A DNA stretch of 64,000 bases. Source: an uncultured Alphaproteobacteria bacterium. GTDB taxonomy: Bacteria; Pseudomonadota; Alphaproteobacteria; Rhizobiales; Methyloligellaceae. This document shows, piece by piece, positions 20,540 to 34,200 of the stretch. Position 1 is the stretch's first letter; the number at the start of each line of letters is the position of its first letter. The notes beneath the pieces are model-generated. The model had not been told where the DNA came from and ran no database searches. It worked only from the letters and a program-made list of their open reading frames with translations. The stretch lies in NCBI GenBank assembly GCA_963802845.1, contig CAWDKA010000014.1, positions 1,009 through 65,008 on the forward strand. Reading direction: 5' to 3'. The translations under genes and the position numbers were made by a program.

Positions 20540-21114
20540 GGTGAAGACCCTTTGAGTACTCAACCCAGTGTCTGTCCCCTGACGAAATGGTCATCTCCCT
20601 TTTAGGTGCCAAATAGCGTCAAAAGCGCCTGGCTCACCGCCTCAAGCGTTTGAGGTCGTCGTGTTGGCGGATTTTAGAGGCCATGGCACCCCCCATACCT
20701 TGCAGGCGGGAGCGCGACTTACCTCTCTCAGTCACCGGGCGCCTGGGGGTGCTTGCCGGTGATGGCGGAGTATACCATTTCGTGGCGGCGGGGGTGCAGA
20801 ATCGCTCCAGCCGGGCATGCAGCCGCTGGGCGCACAGATGTTAGGAGACGGGGAAAAGGGTCCCCCGGGAAGGGGAAATTGGCGGGAGGACCCCTCGAGT
20901 ACAGCGACAAGTCAATCAGGGCCCCGAGTACAACGAACAGTCAATCGGGGTGAACGTACCCCAGGGTGGGTTGAGCGGCTAAGACAAGCCTGTGGCCGCG
21001 CAACGGTATTAGAAAAAAGTCCTCCCAACTGATCGGCCTTAGCCTGATGACGCGACATCGCGGGCAATAGCACTGGACATGCATGAAGCCCTTCAGCGGC
21101 AAACTTGGGGGAAG

Positions 21115-21426
21115 TTACTCGATATGGACCACTCTGCGGCTGGATGGCTCGACGAAGTAGAAGCGGTCACCGGTGTATACGTAATGGTAAGTCCTCAGGT
21201 TCGGACCCCAAGCCTCCGGTACCGGCACGAGCTCCACCTCCTCTGGAAGCGTCGAACCGACAACCACTTCCTGGTTGATTTTTTTGCGAGGCTTGATCTT
21301 CCCCTTGTACACGTACTCCCGCATCATCGTGTGCTGCTCGGGCGAGATCACAACGGTTTGTGCGAGCGCTGGGCTTGCAGCAAGTATTCCAACCGCCGTC
21401 GCGACGCAAATTACACTTAGTCGCAT
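21115..21426 (-). CDS. DUF1236-like secreted protein
   Basis: GGAGG RBS, signal peptide, VVGSTLPEEVELVPVP...YHYVY...VEPSSRRVV. Confidence 0.8.
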   Translation of the reverse strand: MRLSVICVATAVGILAASPALAQTVVISPEQHTMMREYVYKGKIKPRKKINQEVVVGSTLPEEVELVPVPEAWGPNLRTYHYVYTGDRFYFVEPSSRRVVHIE

Positions 21427-21471
21427 GGTACACCTCCATCTGGCCTCGCCTTGCATCGCTCTGTCGAGTGG

Positions 21472-21724
21472 TCAGCCCCTGCGCCCAAGCGGCTTCCCTA
21501 ACACGTCTCCCAAGCGCCACGGCTTAACCGAGTGCACTTGCCCGCCGCACTCCCCACAGCGCAGCCGCGCTGAAAGCTGTGCGATGGTGAGTCCCATCGA
21601 GATGCGCGGAAGCCAACTGATCCATCGGCCTCAACCTCGTTATGCGGCATCGGGGGCAGTAGCACTCGATGTGAGTGAAGCCCTCAGCGGCAAATTCCTC
21701 AATCGTCGCATGCAGGGGGTCCAT
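21472..21724 (-). pseudogene. Small CxxC...CxxC zinc-ribbon protein with a 4-nt insertion
   Basis: MDPLHATIEEFAAEGFTHIECYCPRCR continues in another frame as ISWLPRISMGLTIAQLSARLRCGECGG...KPLGRRG. Confidence 0.65.
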
Positions 21725-21786
21725 GCCCGAAGCATAGCAGACGAACGTTCGTACGACACAGCCGCTGGGGTGTATATTCAAGCCAA

Positions 21787-22376
21787 ATGGAGGGAGAGAT
21801 GGGGATTTTCATATTTCTGGTCCCGGCTCAGTTCGTTTGCCGTCTGGTTTTAGGGGCTCTCCTCTTCAGCGCCTTGATCGTTGTCATGTCGCAGCCAGCG
21901 TTTTCGGAAATAACGGACTCCAGCAAACCATTCTCAATGCTGTGCGTTCCGAAAAAGGGAACCGGCTTTGATTGGAAGAACAACGACTGGCAGCAGGCAA
22001 CCTACAAACCTTCCACCTATGTGCTCAGTAAGCTGGGCGGAGACGCCGCTAAGGAGAAATGTTGGACGCAAATACTCTCAGAGGGCCGTGGATTTCAGAT
22101 CCCATCGCTTCAGGCACCTCAAGAGGCTGCTATATCATCAAGGAGCTTGGTGAGAGCGAGAAGGATGTGCTTGGGGATGTTTGCACCGAACATTGGGATG
22201 AAAGAGGCAAAGGTCCTGTGCTCAATGAAGTGAGTTGTAGCTTCAATTACGAAGTTAGGGCACGAGTTGACGGCCCGTTTGTCCTCACGCGAACGAACGC
22301 GATTTTCGCTACTGAGGATAGGTTTAGGACTTCGGTGAGCCTAGAAATAGGAAAATGCTCACTGTTCGAAGGCTAA
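21787..22376 (+). pseudogene. Secreted Cys-rich hypothetical protein, probably frameshifted near 22090
   Basis: Two overlapping ORFs (21787..22233 and 22059..22376) with protein-like halves; lower GC than the flanks. Confidence 0.5.
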
Positions 22377-22453
22377 GCCTCAGAGAAGCCAAGCTGGCGG
22401 GAGGCGTCATCGGCGAACTGCGAGATTGTTGGCTGATAGCCAAAAAAGCCTAA

Positions 22454-22537
22454 CTAGTACCAGCGTCCCCGGCCGTAAAAACCGCCACCCAGAAGAAGCA
22501 GCACAACAATTATGATAAGCAGTGTGGTGGTGTCCAT
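22454..22537 (-). CDS. 27-aa single-TM small protein
   Basis: AGGAGG RBS; MDTTTLLIIIVVLLLLGGGFYGRGRWY; not in the ORF track. Confidence 0.8.
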   Translation of the reverse strand: MDTTTLLIIIVVLLLLGGGFYGRGRWY

Positions 22538-22563
22538 ATCGTCCTCCTGTTGAACCCCGTACG

Positions 22564-22640
22564 GAAACCCCGGCAGAGAGGGCCGGGGCTTCTGACTTCA
22601 TTTAACTGAGGGATCGGCTGGGGGGGACAGGCGATCCGCA
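22564..22640 (-). ncRNA. Candidate sRNA with C-rich loop and terminator-like hairpin
   Basis: ggatcg...tgtccccccc...cgatcc hairpin followed by ccccggc/gccgggg-ttt. Confidence 0.35.
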
Positions 22641-22999
22641 TTGAATGGCTGGTGAGCCATCCTTGATCGAGTGTACGCGCGACGGTTCGGCAGGCTGTAT
22701 CGAATTGCACACCGTTGACACTTATCCCCCGCTAACGCAACCGGAGGCGCTCGGAATAAAAGCCCACATAGGAACGCCCAATCCTATCGCGGGTTGGACT
22801 ATGCGGCGACGGAGTACGCTCGGGCGCTGCCAGTCTCTCGAGCTGGTGAAGCCGAGCCCCATCGCGTGGATTTCGGGCTTCTTTTTGCTGAGACCGATTA
22901 CGTCAAAAACAGAAGTCCGGCCGGCTGCGAAATTCCTACTGGCCGACACCTTGACCATTCACCCCAGTTGATCCGGCCCACGGATTAGAAGGACAGGCT

Positions 23000-23233
23000 T
23001 ATTCGAAGAAGTCGTTCGAGGACGGTAGCCGCGCCTTCGAGCAGCCGCTCGGCGCAAAGTCGCTCGAGCAGGTGATCCAGATTCAGTCTGAATACGCCAG
23101 AATGGTCTATGAAGCCCATGTTGCCGAGTTGTCGAAGCTCGGTGAGATGTACGCCGGTCTAACGCGCAATGCTTATAGACCGGTGGAGCAAGCCGCTGCT
23201 AAGACCGGGGCGTTTCATCGACCAAGCGCCTAA
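23000..23233 (+). pseudogene. 5'-truncated phasin
   Basis: YSKKSFEDGSRAFEQPLGAKSLEQVIQIQSEYAR...ELSKLGEMY matches the C-half of 55691..56050; no start codon. Confidence 0.8.
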
Positions 23234-23323
23234 TTCGACGAAAGACCTTAGGGCAGCCTCGGGTCTCTTGCTTGAACCAAAGCGGACACAAGCGGAAGCC
23301 CCCGGCAATCAAAGGCCGGCTGG

Positions 23324-23470
23324 TTACGGGGTTTTCTTTGTAACGTCGCTTTGGCGGGGCTTCTCCCGCGGAGCGGTTGCAGCAAACGGTGAAGCCGTGG
23401 GCGAGACCTTCTTCTTGTTTGCCTTCGGCTTCTTCTTCTCGCGATTGCTTCTCTTTTGGCCTTTCGCCAC
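23324..23470 (-). CDS. 48-aa Lys-rich small protein
   Basis: AGGAGG RBS plus GTG start; MAKGQKRSNREKKKPKANKKK...; not in the ORF track. Confidence 0.75.
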   Translation of the reverse strand: MAKGQKRSNREKKKPKANKKKVSPTASPFAATAPREKPRQSDVTKKTP

Positions 23471-23541
23471 TGTTTCCTCCTATGGCCTGGACGATGCTGA
23501 TTTAGTTATGCAGCCTGCTAGAGACGCCTGTTTGCAAGAAC

Positions 23542-25227
<1,686 letters not shown>

Positions 25228-25542
25228 CTATGCGGCCTTCCTGCCGGCCTTGGCGCCTTCGAGCACGCCCATGACATCGGACTCCTTCATGATGAGGAGT
25301 TCTTCGCCGTCGATCTTCACTTCTGTGCCTGACCATTTGCCAAACAACACTCGATCGCCTGCCTTGAGATCGATAGGGATGAGTTTCCCTGCTTCGTCAC
25401 GCCCGCCAGGGCCAACGGCGACGACTTCGCCTTCTTGCGGCTTTTCCTGGGCAGTGTCGGGAATAATGATTCCGCCCTTAGTCTTCTCTTCGCCTTCAAG
25501 ACGGCGGATGACGACGCGGTCATGTAGAGGTCTGAATTTCAT
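25228..25542 (-). CDS. groES: Co-chaperonin GroES
   Basis: [11 protein letters not shown]...GGIIIPDTA. Confidence 0.99.
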   Translation of the reverse strand: MKFRPLHDRVVIRRLEGEEKTKGGIIIPDTAQEKPQEGEVVAVGPGGRDEAGKLIPIDLKAGDRVLFGKWSGTEVKIDGEELLIMKESDVMGVLEGAKAGRKAA

Positions 25543-25587
25543 GGGGTTCCCTTTCGGGACTGGTGTGAACTCCGGATGGAGTGACCT

Positions 25588-25614
25588 TTAGCACTCGAGA
25601 AGGAAGAGTGCTAG
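25588..25614. promoter_or_regulatory. CIRCE element (HrcA operator)
   Basis: TTAGCACTC-N9-GAGTGCTAG upstream of groES. Confidence 0.93.
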
Positions 25615-25705
25615 TCCGCAATTCCTGATTACCCGAAGCGGACTTCTGGCGCTGTGGAGGGATGGGTACAACTTTTGCGCGAATCATAACATTTAAGCGC
25701 GCTAG

Positions 25706-25817
25706 GCTTGTAATGCGATCGGTCACGCCCCACATATCTGTTACTGGCACGCCGGACCCTAGGCGCTGACGGTAAAGACTGCCGTGCCGATTTCGTGCAC
25801 GCCCCTTTCCCGAAAAA
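25706..25817 (+). promoter_or_regulatory. Promoter plus structured leader element, copy 1
   Basis: CTTGTAA...CCACATAT then ggca-cgcc-ggacccta-ggcg-ctga-cggta-aagac-tgccg-tgcc. Confidence 0.7.
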
Positions 25818-25889
25818 TCAGTACGCCAAGCGCCCTCTTAAGCGGAGCATGGTTCGGCGGCTGCCAGCCTGCGAGACATCGCTAGCGAT

Positions 25890-26399
25890 GTGACCCCAAG
25901 AGGCACTGTGATGAATAACAACTCCAAACCCCAAACTGCCGCCGAACAAGCGAGCAAAAATTATCTCGCCTCGACGGCCCAACTCGGTTTCAACACCTCG
26001 ATACCGGAGAGCGTGCGAGCCACGGCCGAGAAGGCCGTGGATCAGAGCCGGGAGGTCTACGACCGCTCGAAGGATGCTCTCGACGCATCGGTTGTGACAC
26101 TTGAGAGGACCTTCGACGCCGCTGGCCAAGGCGCTGTCGCGCTCAACCGCAAAATCATCGATATCGCCCAGCGAAATGTAAATTCCGGCTTCGACCTGGC
26201 CAAGAGCTTGGCGGGCGCGAAGAACCTCTCCGAGATGGTGGAGTTGCAGGCGGCCTATTGGCAGAAGCAATTGAACACGCTCCCGTCCCAAGCCGAAGAA
26301 GTTCGCGCGCTCGCGACCAAGATGGCGACCGCGGCGAGCCAGCCGCTTAAGGAGCAGGTGAACCGCGGTGTGGATGAGCAGCTGCGCAAGGCAAACTGA
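25890..26399 (+). CDS. Phasin (PHA granule protein)
   Basis: IPESVRATAEKAVDQSREVY...SLAGAKNLSEMVELQAAYW; start may be ATG 25911. Confidence 0.88.
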   Translation: MTPRGTVMNNNSKPQTAAEQASKNYLASTAQLGFNTSIPESVRATAEKAVDQSREVYDRSKDALDASVVTLERTFDAAGQGAVALNRKIIDIAQRNVNSGFDLAKSLAGAKNLSEMVELQAAYWQKQLNTLPSQAEEVRALATKMATAASQPLKEQVNRGVDEQLRKAN

Positions 26400-26471
26400 A
26401 TGACTTGCGCCGCGATGGAAATACGCCACACCCAGCGCTGATCTAGGGCAGCCCAATTTAGGACTACCGCA

Positions 26472-26801
26472 ATGACCATTCCCTGTTACGTCGATGAACG
26501 CCAATCCGATATTCGGGCGATCAAGCCTGGTTGGTATGGTCTGGAGCGGAACGGCAAGCTCTCGTCCGGACCGTTTTCCAACAAGGGGATATGCCTCACT
26601 GGAATCGTTCAGGCGAAGAGCAATTTTCGAGCATCGCCCCGGTTTGCACAGGGCATTAAGTGTCCCGAGTGTGGAAACGAGCACGTCCGGGTATGCATTC
26701 GCTTAGATGAATATGGCCGGGTATGGACTGACAACTCCTGCGAGACCTGCGGACACATACTCAGCCCCGAAGAGGTAAGCCGTCCCGTTGTTGTCAACTA
26801 A
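26472..26801 (+). CDS. Hypothetical protein with C-terminal zinc ribbon
   Basis: CPECG...CETCG motif pair. Confidence 0.55.
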   Translation: MTIPCYVDERQSDIRAIKPGWYGLERNGKLSSGPFSNKGICLTGIVQAKSNFRASPRFAQGIKCPECGNEHVRVCIRLDEYGRVWTDNSCETCGHILSPEEVSRPVVVN

Positions 26802-26968
26802 AGCGTAAAGCGCGAGCCGTCTGTCACGGCTGCGCGAGCCTATTTCTCTTTCAACAACGCTCGGATGAGCAATTTTGACCAGTACTTTGCAGGGCTTCCC
26901 ATTAGCTTATACGGGCGGGCCGCATCCCACGTCGGTAGGCCCCCTTCTAGCCGAAGATGAAAATGTGG

Positions 26969-27040
26969 TGCGCTTCGTGCCGGTATTCCCTCCCGGCAAC
27001 GCTAGGCGCAGCCCAACCCCAACATTGGGTTGGGACGCTT
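26969..27040 (+). ncRNA. Candidate sRNA with anti-SD-like loop
   Basis: gccgg-tattccctc-ccggc stem-loop inside tgcgc/gcgca, then cccaaccc/gggttggg hairpin. Confidence 0.35.
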
Positions 27041-27172
27041 CCGCCTCAAACAGGAAGTTGGTGAAACTTGTGGCGGACGGGGTGACGGATCCTCTCCGGC
27101 TCTCACCGTGGAGAGCGTGCTTTTGCGACGCCAGTTTGGATAACCCCGGGGGCCGGGTAAGGAGACCTGGCC

Positions 27173-27943
27173 ATGAAATGGTTCCTGCAGTTCTTGAGCA
27201 TTGGGAGCGCCGTCATCTACACGCTCCTAGTCATTATCGATGACCATGTCCGCGATGGCACTGCCGAAAATATCGTCGCTAGCGAAGCTCAGCCCAAACA
27301 GCGGCGCTTGAGTGTCTGGGGCCCCTACCTTCCTAACCGGTCTCTGGGTCAAGATCAGCGAGCTTCATTGACCACTCAGCCCGCCCACCAGCAAAATGAG
27401 GCCCTTGCACCAGGACCCTATAGGCAGAGTCCGAGGCGATATTTCGATGACCAACCTGCTTTAAAGGATAAATTAGCGGCCTCCGCGATCGACGATGACC
27501 AGTCTGGGAAGGGGCCGACGTCCTTGCCTATTACCGGCGCCTCATTTGAGGCATCAGTGCCATTGGAAGGTAAGGAGGCGATTTGGTTCGTAGTGTCTCG
27601 CGCAGCTCGGTTGCATGACGGTCCGTCTGTTTCTTCTCATATTACGCATTTTTACCCGGTCGGCACGGAATTGAAACTAATCGGCTACGCGCAAGGCTGG
27701 TTTCAGGTTTCCGATCCCACGACATTGCGGCAAGGATGGATCTACGAGAAATACTATCTCCAGGCGATCAATGGTCCCGGCGAAACGCGAGTTGCAGTGC
27801 AGGACTTGAAGCCGAAGCCTGTTAGCCGGGCCAAGAAACCAAGATCTCAACAAAAGATCACAAAACCAAGCCGCCAACAGCGCGTGCGCATCGCCCGTGC
27901 TCGCATCCAAATGGTGGATAGGGCATTTCGGGGCTACTATTAA
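27173..27943 (+). CDS. Membrane-anchored SH3-like domain protein
   Basis: AARLHDGPSVS...YPVGTELKLIG...GWFQV...GWIY. Confidence 0.7.
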   Translation: MKWFLQFLSIGSAVIYTLLVIIDDHVRDGTAENIVASEAQPKQRRLSVWGPYLPNRSLGQDQRASLTTQPAHQQNEALAPGPYRQSPRRYFDDQPALKDKLAASAIDDDQSGKGPTSLPITGASFEASVPLEGKEAIWFVVSRAARLHDGPSVSSHITHFYPVGTELKLIGYAQGWFQVSDPTTLRQGWIYEKYYLQAINGPGETRVAVQDLKPKPVSRAKKPRSQQKITKPSRQQRVRIARARIQMVDRAFRGYY

Positions 27944-28280
27944 GGAGGGATTCCTGCTCAACCAGCACGCAATCGCACTGAATCCAACTTGAAAAAACAG
28001 GACGAGCCATCAGGATGCTTCCATCCAAGACGTCGCTTTGCGGTTCAGTGACGAGGTCGCGTATTCGGAGCGGAAGCCACGCCAGCAAAGGCTGGACGAG
28101 ACCTCCGACTAGCTAATTGCGGATGCGCCCCTTCCCTCAACAGGGCCTCGTTTTCCACGGTGCTAATTGTTTGCCCCCTCGAACCAACTATTTGGATTTA
28201 TAGTTGGGCGTTCGCACGTATCCCCGGTTTCCGCGGACAGAGCGGGCGCATAACCAACCCCTTAGGGCAAGAAGGACCAA

Positions 28281-31200
28281 TTGATACCGCTCATCCGCCG
28301 CGCCTTCGCGCAGGCATCCTCGATGTCACTCTGGAACAATCGAGACCCGATTCGCGCAGAGCTCTTCAGCGTGGAGCGCCTGGAGGATCACGCGCGGAGC
28401 CTCGCGGCCGCACAGCCTGTCACACCGAAGCCAGCCAAGGTCCATCCGTTGGCACGGCGACTCGTCGACAACGAAGCGGTGCTACTGCACGCCTATCGTA
28501 CGATCGCCCAGGCGGCTAGCGAGGAGGGCGCGATCCCCCCGGCGGCCCAATGGCTAATCGACAACTACCATGTCGTGGAGAGGCAGATCCGCGACATCCG
28601 CTCCGACCTGCCCCCGGGCTATTACCGTCAGCTGCCCAAGCTTGCTGAGGGACCGTTCGCGGGATATCCGCGCGTGCTCGGTGTGGCCTGGGCCTTCGTC
28701 GCCCACACGGATAGCCACTTCGATCCCGAAATACTGGCCCGCTACGTGCGGGCCTATCAGGAGGTCCAGCCACTGACGATCGGTGAACTCTGGGCGGTGG
28801 CCATCACGCTGCGGATCGTGCTCGTCGAGAACCTCAGGCGGCTGGCAGAGCGGTTGGTGCACAGTCGTACCTCATGCGTAGAAGCCGACAATATCGCCGA
28901 CCGGCTGCTGGGCGCTGGCGGATACACGGCCGAACCGGTGCCGATGGTGCTCGCGGCTTACGAGCGCGTCCGGCTCCCGGAAGCGTTCGCGGTCCAACTC
29001 GTGCACAGACTGCGCGATCAGGATCCGCGGGTCATGTCGGCCCTAACGTGGCTCGACCAGAGTCTGGCGGCGCAGGGAACCACTGCCGACACAGTCGTCC
29101 GCGACGAACACCAGAGGCAGGGCGCTGCGACCGTAACGGTACGCAACATCATCACCAGTATGCGCATGATCTCCGACGTCGATTGGACTGAGTTGTTCGA
29201 GCGCATAAGCTTTGTCGACGACGCGCTCGCCGGAGCTGGCGCTTTTCCGGAGATGGATTTCTCGACGCGCAATCTCTATCGCAGCGCCATCGAGGAACTG
29301 GCGCGCGGCTCGGATTGCGCCGAGATCGAGATCGCACAGCGCGCAGTTGTGGCCACGAAGCAGGCCACAGACGCGAGCGTGGTGGAAGGCCGCAGGGGCG
29401 ATCCTGGCTATCACCTTCTCGGCGGAGGTCGCGCCGCGTTTGAGGCGGCGATCGGCTTTCGGCCTCCGCCTCACACTTGGCTAGGGCGATGGAGCCGGAC
29501 GATTGGCATTGGGGGCTATGTCGGCGCGGTCGTTGTTGTCGCTGCGGGTATCCTTGCCTCGGCGCTGTTCGCACTCGCTGCCGTTGGCCTGCATGGAGCG
29601 TGGCTGAGCCTGCTCGCTGGCCTAGGTGCGATTCCCGCGATCGACGCGGCCGTAGCGTTAGTGAACCGGGGCGTGACACGTAGCTTTGGCGCCAGGCTCC
29701 TCCCCGCCTTGGCCCTGCGCGACGGCGTGCCCTCGCATCTACGCACGCTCGTCGCGGTGCCGACGCTACTGACGACACACGAGGCTATCGAGGAGCAGAT
29801 TGAGCGGCTGGAGATCCATCATCTCGCTAGCCCGGAAGGCAACCTTCATTTCGCAATGCTCTCCGACTGGGTCGACGCAATGACCGAGCACCTCGAAGGC
29901 GACGCGGCTCTCCTCGCCGCTGCAGCAGAGGGCATTGCAATGCTAAATCAACGCTACGGCGCTGTGCCCGGCGGCGACCGCTTCCTGCTGCTCCATCGCC
30001 GACGAGTCTGGAACGAAGGCGAAGGATGTTGGATGGGCTGGGAGCGCAAGCGCGGCAAACTGCACGAGCTCAACCGGCTGCTGCGCGGGGCGACCGACAC
30101 GACTTTCGCGTCCACGGCCCAACAGCCTTGCGTCGTGCCCGCCGATGTTCGTTACGTCGTCACGCTCGACGCCGACACGAAACTTCCGCGCGACACGGTT
30201 CGCCGGCTAATCGGCAAGATGGCGCACCCGCTCAACCGGCCGCGCTTCGACGCCGACGCCGGCAGGGTCCTCGAAGGCTATGGGGTGCTGCAGCCGCGAG
30301 TCACGCCGTCACTACCGATCGGCCGCGAGGGATCGCTTTTCCAGCGAGTCTTCTCCGGCATAAGCGGAATCGACCCTTATGCCTCCGCCGTGTCCGACGT
30401 GTACCAGGATATGTTCGGCGAAGGCTCCTATGCTGGCAAAGGCATCTACGAGGTCGACACCTTTGAGGCAGCAGTCGCCGGCCGTGTTTTGGATTCAACG
30501 TTGCTGAGCCACGATCTGTTCGAGGGCGTGTTCGCACGCGCTGGTCTGGCCTCCGACGTCGAGGTGGTCGACGAGTTTCCCGCCCGCTACGACGTTGCGG
30601 CCCTGCGCCACCACCGCTGGGCGCGCGGCGATTGGCAATTGCTACCCTGGATCTTCGGTCACGGCCCTGTCACCAGCGAGGATCGGAAGCGTGGCCCCAT
30701 CCCGGCGATCGGTCGCTGGAAAATGCTCGACAATTTGCGACGTACGCTGTCCGCTCCGGCTGCAGTCCTCGCCTTGCTGGCCGGTTGGGCGTTGTCGTTC
30801 GAGACAGCGGCGATTTGGACTTTCTTCGTACTCGCGACCATCGTACTGCCGACCCTCATCCCCGTCGTCGCTGCCGTGTTCCCGGGGCGGACCGTAATCA
30901 CGGTGCGCAGCCACCTCAGGGCGCTCGGCGCCGATCTCCGCCTCGCTCTCGCCCAGTCGGCGCTCATGATCAGCTTCATAGCGCATCAGGCGTGGCTGAT
31001 GGGCGACGCGATCGCACGAACGCTGACCCGGCTCTTCGTTACCAGGCGGCATCTGCTCGAGTGGGTCCCGGCCGCGCAGGCCGCGATCGGTCCGAGGCTC
31101 GACCTTTTCGGCTTCTATCGCCGGATGGCCGGGGCGATCGTCATCGCCGCTGTGGCGGTGATCGTCGCTTCTGCGTGGGGGCACGGGACTTGGCCGCTCG

Positions 31201-34200
31201 CGTTGCCGTTTACGGCGCTCTGGATCGCCTCGCCGGCGCTCGCGCGATGGACGAGCCGATCTCCTGGCGTGGCGGGCAAGCTCTCAATGTCCCAGGGCGA
31301 CGCCCGGGCCCTGCGACTGATCGCCCGGCGGACCTGGCGGTTCTTCGAGACCTTCGTGACGCCGGCCGATCAGATGCTGCCGCCGGACAATTTCCAGGAA
31401 GATCCGGCGCCGGCGTTGGCGCATAGGACCTCGCCGACGAATCTCGGCCTCTATCTGCTATCGGTGGTGAGCGCCCGCGACTTGGGATGGACTGGAACGA
31501 TTGATGCGCTCGAGCGGCTAGAGGCGACCCTGTCCACTATGAACCGGCTCGCGCGCTTCCGCGGCCATTTCTACAACTGGTACGATACGCGGGATCTGCG
31601 GCCGCTCGATCCCCGATATATATCTTCTGTTGATAGCGGCAATTTGGCCGGGCACCTCATCGCTCTCGCCAATGCGTGCCGGGAATGGGCAGCTCAGCCG
31701 CTCACCGACGAGCGGCGGCTTGCTGGTATCGCGGACGCGCTCGCGCTCATGCGCCACGAGGCGGGCCAGCTGCGCGAAGGTCGGCGGACGCAAACGGTGA
31801 CGTGGCACCAGCTGGACGAGGCGCTCGCCGTGCTGGCGACCAACCTGCGACGGACACTCGTCGACAGCGAGGGGATCTCCAAACGTCTTTCGACGCTCGC
31901 GGTCGGCGCTGAGACCCTGGCGGACATCGCCCTTGCGCTCGCGACCGAACGAAGCGACGACACCGGCGCCGACATGCTGTTCTGGGCAAACGCGACCCGA
32001 AGCGCGATCGAGAGCCACCGTCGTGATATCGAAGGGTCGGCGGAGGCAGCCGCATCTTCGGCGGCGCGCCTCTCGGCCCTGGAGGAGACCGCGCGGGCGG
32101 CAGCGCTCGGAATGGAGTTCGGCTTTCTGTTGGACCACGACCGCAAGCTGCTCTCGATCGGCTATCTCGTCGCAGAGGGCACGATCGACCCGAGCTGTTA
32201 CGATCTCCTCGCCTCCGAGGCGCGGCTGGCGAGCTTCATGGCGATCGCCAAGGGCGACGTTCCGGCCGACCACTGGTTCCATCTCGGCCGTGCTGTCACG
32301 CCCGTCGCGCGCGGCGCGGCGCTGATCTCCTGGTCGGGCTCGATGTTCGAATATCTTATGCCATCGCTCGTCATGCGGGCGCCGGATGGAAGCCTCATCG
32401 AAGGGACGAGCCGCCTTATCGTGCGGCGTCAGATCGACTACGGGGCCAAGCTCGGGGTGCCTTGGGGCGTTTCGGAATCCGCCTACAACGCTCGCGACCT
32501 GGAGTTCACCTACCAATATTCGAACTTCGGCGTCCCCGGCCTTGGGTTAAAGCGCGGGCTAGGTGAGAACGTCGTCGTTGCCCCTTATGCCACCGCGCTC
32601 GCGAGCATGGTCGATCCGCAGGCTGCAGCGCGAAACTTCGATCGGCTCGCCGCAGTCGGTGCGAGCGGCCGCTATGGCTTCTACGAGGCCCTGGACTACA
32701 CGCCGAGCCGCCTGCCGGAAGGCAAAAGCATCGTAATCGTGCAGGCTTTTATGGCCCACCATCAGGGCATGACGATCGTGGCCATCGCCGATGCGCTTCT
32801 CGACGGCGCGATGCGGGCGCGGTTCCACGCCGAACCTATTGTTCAGGCGACGGAGCTATTGTTGCAGGAGCGAACGCCACGCGGTGTGGCGTTCGCGCGT
32901 CCCTGGGCGGCGGCGGAGTCAGCGGCCAAAATCTTGGACGTGGAACCGCCCGGCGGACGTCAACTCACCACAGCGCATGGCGCGACGCCCGTCACCCAGC
33001 TTCTCTCGAACGGCCGCTATTCGGTGATGCTCACGGCTGCAGGCTCGGGTTACAGTCGCTGGCGCGACCTGGCAGTAACTCGTTGGCGCGAGGACGCCAC
33101 CTGCGACGAGTGGGGCTCCTATGTCTTTTTGCGCGACGTCGACAGCGGCAATGTATGGTCGGCCGGATTTCAGCCGACCGGCGCCGAGCCCGACGACTAC
33201 GACGTCGCTTTCAACGAGGATCGCGCGGAATTCGCGCGCCGCGACGGAACGCTCAAGACGACCATGGAGGTACTCGTCTCGGCTGAAGACGATGCCGAGG
33301 TCCGCCGCGTATCGATATCGAACTCGGGCACCCGCGTGCGGGAGATAGACGTCACGTCCTACGCCGAGCTTGTGCTCGCGCCGCAGGCTGCCGACGTCAC
33401 GCATCCAGCCTTTTCCAAGCTATTCGTCGAAACCGAATATCGGGCTGAAGTCGGCGCCATTTTGGCGACGCGGAGACGGCGAGCCGCGAGCGAGCCAGAA
33501 ATCTGGGCTGCACATCTCGCTGTCGTCGATAGCGGCGCCGTGGGAAAGCCCGAGGTGGAAACCGATAGGGCTCGGTTCCTCGGCCGCAGCCGCAGTGTAC
33601 GAACGGCGATCGCGGCGATCGACGGGCGGCCGCTCTCGAACACGGTCGGCACCGTGCTCGATGCGGTCTTCGCCCTGCGCAGGCGCGTGCGGATTCCGCC
33701 CGGCGCGATCGTGCACATCGCCTTTTGGACCGTGGTCGCACCATCTCGCGAAGCGCTGCTTGACCTCATCGACAAGCATCGTGACACCACCGCCTTCGAG
33801 CGCGCGGCAACTCTGGCCTGGACCCAGGCGCAAGTGCAGCTACGTCACCTTGGAATCAGTCCGGGCCTAGCAAGTATGTTCCAGCGTCTTGCGGGACACC
33901 TCATCTACTCGGCTCCTGTCCTAAGACCTTCCTCCGACGCCATCGTTCGGGGGGCCGGCGCGCAATCGGGACTCTGGCCACTGAGCATTTCCGGCGACCT
34001 GCCGATCGTGCTGCTGCGCATCGCGGACACTCAGCACCTCGACGTCGCCCGGCAATTGCTTCATGCGCACGAATATTTGCGGATGAAGCAGTTCGCCTTC
34101 GATCTCGTATTCCTCAATGAACGCTCGTCTTCCTATGTGCAGGACCTTCAGATTGGGCTCGAGACGCTGGTGCGGCAGAGCCGATCCCTGCCACAGTTCG

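Noticed and set aside
25746-25788. Three-stem element with CTGA as a hammerhead ribozyme
   Set aside because: Core reads CUGACGG rather than CUGANGA and lacks the GAAA and cleavage triplet in the right places.
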